Part shown: piece by piece, positions 30,066 to 37,654 of the stretch | How the letters are laid out: each line of letters starts with the position of its first letter | Position numbering within the stretch: the first letter of the stretch is position 1 | Sequence record: OL770107 | Direction: 5' to 3' (one strand) | From: Escherichia phage CLB_P2 | Length of the DNA stretch: 64,000 nucleotides | Program-made: the position numbers and the translations under genes | The notes under the pieces: model-generated | What the model was told of the DNA's origin: nothing | The model's input: only the letters and a program-made list of their open reading frames with translations | Databases searched by the model: none

Positions 30066-30314
30066 ATGAACAAACATCTGAATCACGCTCTTGAACTGCA
30101 ACGCAACGCTTGGAACAACGGCCACGAAAACTATGGTGCATCTATTGATGTTGAAGCCGAAGCACTGGAAATCCTGCGTTATTTCAAACATCTTAATCCT
30201 GCTCAGGCTACTCTGGCTGCTGAACTGGAAGCAAAAGATGAACTGAAATATGCTAAGCCTTTGGCTTCAGCAGCTCGTAAAGCAGTACGTCATTTTATTA
30301 TTACCCTGAAGTAA
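30066..30314 (+). CDS. rIII: rIII-like lysis-inhibition accessory protein (positional call)
   Basis: 82-aa ORF in the position rIII occupies next to gene 31 in T4; no motif confirmation. Confidence 0.5.
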   Translation: MNKHLNHALELQRNAWNNGHENYGASIDVEAEALEILRYFKHLNPAQATLAAELEAKDELKYAKPLASAARKAVRHFIITLK

Positions 30315-30667
30315 AATCGAGGAGCCGTCGAACTGTCTGATTAATGATTTGCGAATCATTATAGTTTTAAGACCCCGGCAGTTTTACGGTGTACCTCTTG
30401 AATGTTATTTTATAGCGGCAAGTGCATGCTACCCCGAGGTGATGGCCAATCGGGAGTACGCCTCAAGGCCTATATACCCATCAGTATATATCTTATCCTC
30501 GAGAAATCGAACCCGGAACCTTTAAGCTAACGGTGTGCAACAGATAAGAGCTATGATGACGAGGTTTATGGTTATCCTGTCGTTAAATATCCGAAACCTA
30601 TGTTCCCCTTGAGGGCTTGCGCAGGCAACGCCAATAAGTCCTGCATTCTAATTTAAGAGATTTAAAA

Positions 30668-30829
30668 ATGGCTAAGAAAGAAGTTAAAGTAGTTGACGGA
30701 ACCTCTAAACGCGCTGGTTACAAGCGTGCGTCTAACAAGCGTATCAATCAGGTAGTTGATAAGCTTCAAGCTCGTGCTCGTGCAGTATTGCGTGCAGATG
30801 CTGCTTGCTTCGGTAAAGTTATTGCATAA
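30668..30829 (+). CDS. small basic protein (53 aa)
   Basis: Below the ORF-track cutoff; read by eye: MAKKEVKVVDGTSKRAGYKRASNKRINQVVDKLQARARAVLRADAACFGKVIA; AAGAG RBS; followed by a strong terminator. Confidence 0.35.
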   Translation: MAKKEVKVVDGTSKRAGYKRASNKRINQVVDKLQARARAVLRADAACFGKVIA

Positions 30830-30834
30830 GTTAT

Positions 30835-30860
30835 GGGACTCTTCGGAGTCCCATTTTTGT
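30835..30860 (+). terminator. rho-independent terminator
   Basis: GGGACTC-TTCG-GAGTCCC followed by ATTTTTGTTT. Confidence 0.7.
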
Positions 30861-30880
30861 TTCTAAATCTTTAAAAAAAG

Positions 30881-30909
30881 GTATACATCTCCGGTAGGCA
30901 TGATACTAT
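30881..30909 (+). promoter_or_regulatory. early promoter cassette (PeSL-like)
   Basis: GTATAC, 17 nt, TACTAT, followed by the 37-nt leader GTACCAAATAATACGAAAACAAACTGGAGAATAAAATG. Confidence 0.45.
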
Positions 30910-30950
30910 AGACATGTACCAAATAATACGAAAACAAACTGGAGAATAAA

Positions 30951-31319
30951 ATGAAAATCAATCTTAACTCATACATCAAAGGTAAAGACCACGACGGTTA
31001 CAAAGCCATTGAAACTAAAGAGATGCAATGGCGCTTGTACAAAGAACAATTTGAATTTGTAGGTTGTATGACTCCTGAAGGTCCTTCCGATGACTTCTCT
31101 TGGAAAATTTTGGTAACAAACTTTTTTACTGGCGATACCTACGAACTGAAAACTATCATAACCGGTAAGATTCGTTGTAAGACCTATGAAGATGAAGAAA
31201 CCGGTTATTCTGAAGATGTTACATGGTATCAAAATGGTCGTATCACTACAGATAACCTGATCGAAAAAATGAATGCCAAAGGTGAATTAAATTTAGATAA
31301 TTGGATTAAAGTTGCATAA
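30951..31319 (+). CDS. hypothetical protein
   Basis: 122-aa ORF behind cassette leader with GGAG RBS. Confidence 0.45.
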   Translation: MKINLNSYIKGKDHDGYKAIETKEMQWRLYKEQFEFVGCMTPEGPSDDFSWKILVTNFFTGDTYELKTIITGKIRCKTYEDEETGYSEDVTWYQNGRITTDNLIEKMNAKGELNLDNWIKVA

Positions 31320-31323
31320 AACG

Positions 31324-31352
31324 GTTTACTTTGGTACAGGTTGTGTTATTAT
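31324..31352 (+). promoter_or_regulatory. early promoter cassette (PeSL-like) with hairpin
   Basis: GTTTAC, 17 nt, TATTAT; inverted repeat GGTACAGGT...ACCTGTACC; same 37-nt leader as the cassette at 30881. Confidence 0.5.
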
Positions 31353-31393
31353 AGACCTGTACCAAATAATACGAAAACAAACTGGAGAATAAA

Positions 31394-31759
31394 ATGAACT
31401 ACATCAACTTCGAACGTAAATATGTTTCTAACGGTATCGCTGGTTCTTCTGAAGTTATTTGTCTGTGGAAACACAACAACGGCACAGTGTGTGAAATCGA
31501 ACAGTGCATGACTCCTAACTACGTTTATATGCGCTTTGAAAATGGTATCACAGTTTCAATCACTATGGAAGGTTCTACTTTTAAAATCGCTTTGGACGAT
31601 GATTTCCGTCAACGTGATTTAGGTACCCATCCTTGCTGGAACGGTTCTAATCGTAAGCTTCTGGTTAAAACCTGGATTCGTCACATCCTGAGCAACCGTG
31701 CTAAACCTGAACACCTGGAAGCAATCTTTGATGTAGTTCTGAATGAATTTGATATCTAA
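31394..31759 (+). CDS. hypothetical protein
   Basis: 121-aa ORF behind the identical leader. Confidence 0.45.
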   Translation: MNYINFERKYVSNGIAGSSEVICLWKHNNGTVCEIEQCMTPNYVYMRFENGITVSITMEGSTFKIALDDDFRQRDLGTHPCWNGSNRKLLVKTWIRHILSNRAKPEHLEAIFDVVLNEFDI

Positions 31760-31770
31760 TCTTAAAAATG

Positions 31771-31790
31771 GAGGCTTCGGCCTCCTTTGA
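31771..31790 (+). terminator. hairpin terminator
   Basis: GGAGGC-TTCG-GCCTCC followed by TTTGAGG. Confidence 0.45.
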
Positions 31791-31800
31791 GGAAAATATT

Positions 31801-32088
31801 ATGTTTATGACCACTTATTTCGATACTCGTAAAAATTTCTGTGAAGTTGTTTTCTCTAAGGCAGGTAAAGATGTTCCTGCTGAAAAACAGCCTACTCGTG
31901 AATCCATTAAGGCTTATGCTGATGTGGTTTGTCCAGTAGAATTCCGTACAGTCAATGGTCGTGACACCCTAGCAATCACTAAGCTCAACCATGATATTAA
32001 CATCGACCCTAGCGCTGCCCGTGAAGTCAATACTTCTGACATCTACGGTGGTAATGTTAAATCACATGGATTTCAGATGAGGTTCTAA
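31801..32088 (+). CDS. hypothetical protein
   Basis: About 95 aa from ATG at 31801 with GAGGA RBS; the table ORF start at 31768 would include the terminator hairpin. Confidence 0.4.
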   Translation: MFMTTYFDTRKNFCEVVFSKAGKDVPAEKQPTRESIKAYADVVCPVEFRTVNGRDTLAITKLNHDINIDPSAAREVNTSDIYGGNVKSHGFQMRF

Positions 32089-32282
32089 TGCAACTATTCT
32101 TATCACAAACCGTTCAGCTAAAAGGCATAGGTATTCCTGGTATGATTTCAAAGGTTTTACCTGCTTTTAAATTAGGTAATGCTACTATTAAAGAAGCCTA
32201 CACCGTCCTATGGGTCGATGGCACTGAAGACGTTCGCATGGGTTCTGAATTGTCTGTAATCAAATGTTTGAAGCGAGGATAA
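32088..32282 (+). CDS. hypothetical protein
   Basis: 64-aa ORF. Confidence 0.35.
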   Translation: MQLFLSQTVQLKGIGIPGMISKVLPAFKLGNATIKEAYTVLWVDGTEDVRMGSELSVIKCLKRG

Positions 32283-32283
32283 C

Positions 32284-32496
32284 ATGTTTAGGAAATTGAT
32301 TCAGAAATTATTAGGTACGGAAATGGTCGAAGTGACTTATCGTGTAACCGACGTAAGTCCATGGGCCCGGAATATTGAACCATATACTAAAACAATTAAA
32401 ATGCTGAAATCTGACGGTGGATTATCTATTAAAGACCGTCTTCCCGGTTATGGACATTGGGCTGATGTCGAAATTATAAGTGTCAAAGATGTCTGA
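32284..32496 (+). CDS. hypothetical protein
   Basis: 70-aa ORF. Confidence 0.35.
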   Translation: MFRKLIQKLLGTEMVEVTYRVTDVSPWARNIEPYTKTIKMLKSDGGLSIKDRLPGYGHWADVEIISVKDV

Positions 32497-32947
32497 GTTA
32501 GAAATTAGAAGTAACTTTCCATGGCCATCATGCGCATTAAGTAACTTTGCTAAATGGCCTTTCGTTATGGATGGTATCCAATTTGGTGGACTCGAAGGAT
32601 TCCTCCAAGGATGTAAGGTGAAAAATGTTGAACAACAAAAACGTATATTTAGGATGTCCGGGTTGGACGCGCAAAAAGCTGGACGAGCTTATGCTAGAGC
32701 TGCGGACCGTGGGACGCTTTTCTGGCTTGGAATTCCCTTTTCAAGATACTCTGCAGCATGGAAAGAGTTGTATACAAATGCATATTTTGAAGCAGCGCTC
32801 CAGAACAAAGGATTCCGAGAAGCTTTACAAGCCACTAAAGGTAAGGTTTTAAAGCATTCAATGGCAAGCCACCTCAAAGAATGTGATACAATACTAACTG
32901 AAAAAGAGTTTATCGACATCCTAAACAAATTGAGAGATTTATTATGA
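32489..32947 (+). CDS. NADAR/YbiA-like (DUF1768-type) protein
   Basis: About 152 aa from ATG at 32489; LSNFAKWPFVMDGIQFGGLEGFLQGCKV resembles the YbiA/NADAR core as I recall it (FSNFAAWP..DG...SEHYFQAQKF); family call by memory only. Confidence 0.45.
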   Translation: MSELEIRSNFPWPSCALSNFAKWPFVMDGIQFGGLEGFLQGCKVKNVEQQKRIFRMSGLDAQKAGRAYARAADRGTLFWLGIPFSRYSAAWKELYTNAYFEAALQNKGFREALQATKGKVLKHSMASHLKECDTILTEKEFIDILNKLRDLL

Positions 32948-33582
32948 AACCAGTTATCTTAACAGATATCGATGGAGTATGTTTGAGTTGGCAGTCCGGC
33001 TTGCCTTATTTCGCACAGAAATATAATTTGCCTTTAGAACATATTTTGAATATGATTCAGGACGAACGTTTCTTATCTCCAGGCGAACTGTTTAATTGTG
33101 ACGACGAATTAGGCTCACGTTTAATAGAGAAGTATAACCAGTCAGATTTTATTCGTTATCTGTCCCCTTACATGGACGCATTAAAACACATCAACAAGCT
33201 CAAAAAAGACTTCGATTTTGTAGCCGTGACTGCGCTAGGCGACTCAATTGACGCTCTGCTGAATAGACAATTCAATTTGAATGCTTTGTTCCCTGGCGCA
33301 TTCAAGGAGATTCTGATGTGTGGCCATTCAGAATCAAAAGAAGACCTGTTCATAAGAGCTAAAAATACGTACGGCAAACGCATTAAGTTTTATGTTGACG
33401 ATTTGGCTCACCACTGTGATGCTGCATCCAATATTCTCATGGATATCCAAGTTTATTGGTTAGCCCGTGGTGAACGCGACTTTAAACCTAATTTAGCCGT
33501 AAAGGTTAATTCATGGGACGATATCGCAGCTATCGAATCCCTTCGTAATAATGCAGCAGTTGAATGGATTGCTCGAGGTTAA
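32944..33582 (+). CDS. HAD-superfamily hydrolase-like protein
   Basis: 212 aa; HAD motif I VILTDIDGV, motif II FVAVTALGDS, motif IV KFYVDDLAHH. Confidence 0.5.
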   Translation: MKPVILTDIDGVCLSWQSGLPYFAQKYNLPLEHILNMIQDERFLSPGELFNCDDELGSRLIEKYNQSDFIRYLSPYMDALKHINKLKKDFDFVAVTALGDSIDALLNRQFNLNALFPGAFKEILMCGHSESKEDLFIRAKNTYGKRIKFYVDDLAHHCDAASNILMDIQVYWLARGERDFKPNLAVKVNSWDDIAAIESLRNNAAVEWIARG

Positions 33583-33583
33583 T

Positions 33584-33856
33584 ATGTTTGTTGTTCATAC
33601 AATTTCAGGCCATGGCCCTACCACTACAATGGATTATGGTCACGTCAATCAGTTCTTTCGTCATCAACCTTTATTTAGGATTGCCAAAGAAAATCCTTTA
33701 TTTAAAGAATGTGTGGAGCAAGGGTTTATTTACATCAGCAAATACGACGTAAATATGTTTTCCACAGGCAATAATAGAATGATTACCTACAATAAACGCC
33801 TTGACTTGCTGTTAGAAGAAGTGGCGTATAATAGAAATCAATCCGGAAGAAGGTAA
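33584..33856 (+). CDS. hypothetical protein
   Basis: About 90 aa from ATG at 33584 with GAGGT RBS. Confidence 0.35.
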   Translation: MFVVHTISGHGPTTTMDYGHVNQFFRHQPLFRIAKENPLFKECVEQGFIYISKYDVNMFSTGNNRMITYNKRLDLLLEEVAYNRNQSGRR

Positions 33857-33859
33857 ATT

Positions 33860-35365
33860 ATGATTTTAGATATTTTGAACGAAATTGCTGCTATCGATTC
33901 TACTAAAGCTAAAGAAGCTATTATTGCACGTGAAAAGGATAACGAGCTTCTGAAACGCGTTTATCGTATGGCTTATACCCGTCGTCTGAACTACGGTATT
34001 AAAAAGTGGCCAGAACCTGGATTTACGTCTCAGTCCTTTGGTATGATTACACTTGAAGACCTTCTTGATTTCGCTGAGTTCACACTAGCAACCCGTAAGA
34101 TTACAGGTAATGCTGCTATTGAAGAACTTGCCCAAATTATTGCCGATGCTAAGGGTCAAGATGCCGAGGTATTACGTCGCGTAATGATGCGTGACCTTGA
34201 ATGTGGTGCATCGATTTCTATTGCTAACAAGGTTTGGAAAGGTTTAATCCCTGAACAACCTCAAATGTTGGCTAGTTCTTATGACGAAGCCCTGATTAAG
34301 AAAAATATTAAATGGCCAGCGTTCGCTCAATTAAAAGCTGATGGTGCTCGTTGTTTTGCTGAAGTTCGTAACGACGGGGTAACATTCCTTACTCGCGGTG
34401 GTAATGAATATCAAGGGCTTACTAAATTAGCTGAAGAACTTATTAAAATGACTGAAGAAGCTCGTCAGCGTCATCCTAATGGTGTTATGATTGACGGTGA
34501 ATTAGTTTACCATACGCCTAAGGTTGAACCGAAAGCATCTAACGATTTGTTTAGTATGTTTGATGAAGAACTTCCAGAATTAAGTAAAGCCAAGGAATTC
34601 CAGACAGTCGCCGACCGTTCTACTTCAAATGGTTTGGCTAATAAGGCCCTCCAAGGAACCATTACTCCAGCTGAAGCAGATGGTATGGTATTGCAGGCAT
34701 GGGACTATGTTCCACTGGATGAAGTTTATTCTGAAGGCAAAATTAAAGGTCAAAAATACGATGTCCGTTTAGCGGCATTAGTACAAATGGCTGAAGGTTT
34801 TACACGTGTCGAGCCTATTGAAACGCAATGGGTTAATAATCTTGAAGAAGCTAAAGTCGTTTATAAGAAATATGTCGACCAAGGCCTGGAAGGTATTATC
34901 CTTAAGAACATGGACTCCTACTGGGAAAACCGCCGTTCTAAGAATCTTATCAAGTTCAAAGAAGTAATCGATATCGCTTTAGAAGTGGTAGGTTATTATG
35001 AACACTCGAAGGACCCTAACAAACTTGGTGGTGTTGAGTTAGTATCGCGGTGCCGTCGAATTACATCCGACTGTGGTTCAGGCTTTAAAGATACTACCCA
35101 TAAGAAAGATAAATCGGGTAAAAAGGTATTGATTCCATTAGAAGACCGACCTGATTTAGACCGTGAACTTCTTATGAAACAAGCTCGTGAAGGTAAGTTG
35201 ATTGGACGTATTGCTGACTGTGAATGTAATGGTTGGGTTCATTCTAAAGGACGTACAGATACTGTAGGTATTTTCCTTCCAATTATTAAAGGTTGGCGTT
35301 TCGATAAAACAGAAGCTGATACATTTGAAGATGTATTTGGCGATTGGTCTCAAACTGGACTATAA
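33860..35365 (+). CDS. 30: ATP-dependent DNA ligase gp30
   Basis: 501-aa ORF; adenylation motif FAQLKADGARCF; N-terminus MILDILNEIAAIDSTKAKEAII and extensive blocks match T4 DNA ligase. Confidence 0.9.
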   Translation: MILDILNEIAAIDSTKAKEAIIAREKDNELLKRVYRMAYTRRLNYGIKKWPEPGFTSQSFGMITLEDLLDFAEFTLATRKITGNAAIEELAQIIADAKGQDAEVLRRVMMRDLECGASISIANKVWKGLIPEQPQMLASSYDEALIKKNIKWPAFAQLKADGARCFAEVRNDGVTFLTRGGNEYQGLTKLAEELIKMTEEARQRHPNGVMIDGELVYHTPKVEPKASNDLFSMFDEELPELSKAKEFQTVADRSTSNGLANKALQGTITPAEADGMVLQAWDYVPLDEVYSEGKIKGQKYDVRLAALVQMAEGFTRVEPIETQWVNNLEEAKVVYKKYVDQGLEGIILKNMDSYWENRRSKNLIKFKEVIDIALEVVGYYEHSKDPNKLGGVELVSRCRRITSDCGSGFKDTTHKKDKSGKKVLIPLEDRPDLDRELLMKQAREGKLIGRIADCECNGWVHSKGRTDTVGIFLPIIKGWRFDKTEADTFEDVFGDWSQTGL

Positions 35366-35366
35366 T

Positions 35367-35540
35367 ATGAAAGCTTATTTAGAAACAATTGTAATATCGC
35401 ATACTACGGCGGCCCCAGCCGTTTCTCAAACCATTTTAGAATTCACAGATGAAGCCGCATATAATAAATTTATTGAAGTCTTTGATGGCTATGAAAAAGG
35501 CCCGACATTCGAAGTATATCGTACGTTGCTACCACTTTAA
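35367..35540 (+). CDS. hypothetical small protein
   Basis: About 57 aa from ATG overlapping the ligase stop. Confidence 0.3.
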   Translation: MKAYLETIVISHTTAAPAVSQTILEFTDEAAYNKFIEVFDGYEKGPTFEVYRTLLPL

Positions 35541-35558
35541 GGCCTTCGGGCCTTTTAT
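35539..35558 (+). terminator. hairpin terminator
   Basis: AAGGCC-TTCG-GGCCTT followed by TTATGG. Confidence 0.5.
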
Positions 35559-35590
35559 GGCATAAATACGGTTATTAAAGAGGAATTATT

Positions 35591-37651
35591 ATGACCGAAC
35601 AATTGAATGAGGTGTTTGAGTCCGAAGGCACCCTGCCTACTGTAAACTTAAACCCAAAACTTAAAGTACCCCAGATTTGGAAGATTGGCGATGCTGAATC
35701 CCAATTGGTTGCTCGTATGGTATCTTATGCCTCTGAAGGCGATGCTATTAAACAGGTTAAATTAGGTGATAAATACGCCCACGTTATCCTTATGAGCCTT
35801 TCAGCTAAAGGTTCTCCAGCCGAACTTAAAGGCGGCCTAGGCCCTACTCCTATTGATGCTATCAATACCATTTTCGACGTAGTATTCGAACAAGTTAAAA
35901 AGCTTCGTATGGATGCAGTGATGTTCCGTTTTCCAACCAAGAAAATGAAAGGACAAGGCCCTATTGTCCAACGGATTATCCAACGTTTGGTAGCACAGAA
36001 AACCGGTGGACGTTTTAAAGTAGTTCCTGCTATGTACCAATTTACCGGTAAACATACTTATATCCTAGTAGTTCGTAAACAAGCTGATATCGAAGATATC
36101 AAAGGTATGCCAGGAATTAATTCCGAATTATACACTAAGGTAGATTCTGATGTCGGTGAAGTTTATATTTCTAAAAAAGAAGGCGTACAGGTTACTAAAG
36201 AAACTGCTATTGCCGGCAGTATTGCCAAAGTTGAAGAACGTCGCACTGATAAAATGGTTATAACCAAGACTAAGATTTCTCGTCGCGCTATTGCAGCAAG
36301 CCAGTCTTTAGAATCCTATCGTAATGAAAGTGAACTGTTTAAGAAATATGAAGCCACTGCCGCTGATTTTAATAAACCGGCAACAGCTCCATTAATCCCT
36401 GAGGCCCAGGAAATGGTCACCAATAACAATTCTCCTGCGGCTAAAAATAAAGTTGCTAATATAGTAGCTGAAGGCACTGCTGAAGAGTTGCATTACGATT
36501 ATAAAATGTTTCCTCTTCACGGTATAGGTGAAATCCAAGAGAAAATTAAAGAGAAAATCCTTACAGCCATCAAAAACGAACCTTTGACATCTGTTAAAGC
36601 TCTAGAAAAATATGCCTCTGTTATTAATACAGTTTTTGAAGAATATAAAGGCGAATGGCTGGCTATACATAACAAAACTCGTAAAGGTCAACCTGACGAC
36701 GTCTGGAATGAATTAACCGAGTCCAAGTGGAAAGCCGCTAAGACCAAGTTCATTAAAAAACGTGTTTATAGTTTTGCTGGTGTAGGTGGCGGTATTATGG
36801 TTGATATTACTTTAGGTCATAGTGCAGATAAATACACCCCTTCTCAAAAACGTGGTATTCGTGAATATTGTGGCTCCGGATATGGCGATATCAATAACCT
36901 TCTTTTAGGACGATATAATCCTCAGAACTATGAAGTTATGAGCGAAAAAGATATCGAATCTGCAGTTAATAATTTGGATTCTGCTTTTGAAAACGGTGAT
37001 AGATTACCTGAAGGCATCACAGTTTATCGTGCACAGAGTATGACGTGGGCCATATATAATGCTTTAGTCAAAAATAAAGTATTCTATTTTAGAAACTTTG
37101 TATCAACTTCACTGACCCCTATTATTTTCGGTCGTTTTGGTGTTACTCATGCCGGTGTAGGTCTTTTAGAGCCTGAAGTTAGAGCCGAACTTACTGTAGA
37201 TAAAAATGATGAAGGTTATACTAAGGTCCAAGGTTCCGGCGACAAATTGGTTAAAGTTGGTTGGGCCATTGACGGTGCTTCTAAAGTTAACGTGGTATTC
37301 CCAGGACAACTTGGTATTGCTACTGAAGCTGAAATCATTCTTCCGCGCGGACTAATGGTAAAAATTAATAAGATAACAGATGCATCTAATAATGATGGTA
37401 TAATATCCAACAATACAAAACTCATTCAAGCTGAAGTTATGACATCAGATGAGCTTCAAGAATCTGTAGTGTATGATGGTGACGTACTAATGGAAACCGG
37501 TGAATTGGTTGTATACCAAGATGACTTCGATACTTCCGAAAGCCCTGTATCTTTTGATTCATTTGTTAAATCTACACGGTTTGACGTACTGCCTCTTTTG
37601 GCTTCATGCATAGACCTCTATGACATACCAGAAAAATTCATCCAAGGGTAA
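35591..37651 (+). CDS. alt: Alt-like ADP-ribosyltransferase (paralog 1)
   Basis: 686 aa (T4 Alt 682 aa); LNE near N-terminus; C-terminal R-S-ExE motifs YRAQ, STS, EAEIILPRG; N-terminal 230 aa shared with paralog 2. Confidence 0.8.
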   Translation: MTEQLNEVFESEGTLPTVNLNPKLKVPQIWKIGDAESQLVARMVSYASEGDAIKQVKLGDKYAHVILMSLSAKGSPAELKGGLGPTPIDAINTIFDVVFEQVKKLRMDAVMFRFPTKKMKGQGPIVQRIIQRLVAQKTGGRFKVVPAMYQFTGKHTYILVVRKQADIEDIKGMPGINSELYTKVDSDVGEVYISKKEGVQVTKETAIAGSIAKVEERRTDKMVITKTKISRRAIAASQSLESYRNESELFKKYEATAADFNKPATAPLIPEAQEMVTNNNSPAAKNKVANIVAEGTAEELHYDYKMFPLHGIGEIQEKIKEKILTAIKNEPLTSVKALEKYASVINTVFEEYKGEWLAIHNKTRKGQPDDVWNELTESKWKAAKTKFIKKRVYSFAGVGGGIMVDITLGHSADKYTPSQKRGIREYCGSGYGDINNLLLGRYNPQNYEVMSEKDIESAVNNLDSAFENGDRLPEGITVYRAQSMTWAIYNALVKNKVFYFRNFVSTSLTPIIFGRFGVTHAGVGLLEPEVRAELTVDKNDEGYTKVQGSGDKLVKVGWAIDGASKVNVVFPGQLGIATEAEIILPRGLMVKINKITDASNNDGIISNNTKLIQAEVMTSDELQESVVYDGDVLMETGELVVYQDDFDTSESPVSFDSFVKSTRFDVLPLLASCIDLYDIPEKFIQG

Positions 37652-37654
37652 ATA

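Noticed and set aside
30315-30667. Possible tRNA gene in the ORF-free region
   Set aside because: Only an isolated TCGAACC (T-loop-like) heptamer was found, in a position and orientation incompatible with a cloverleaf; no acceptor/anticodon stem pairing could be drawn by eye. Needs a covariance-model scan to exclude formally.
35561-35568. CATAAATA upstream of alt paralog 1 as a late promoter
   Set aside because: Imperfect match (7 of 8) to TATAAATA; plausible because Alt is a virion protein, but not supported well enough to list as a feature.
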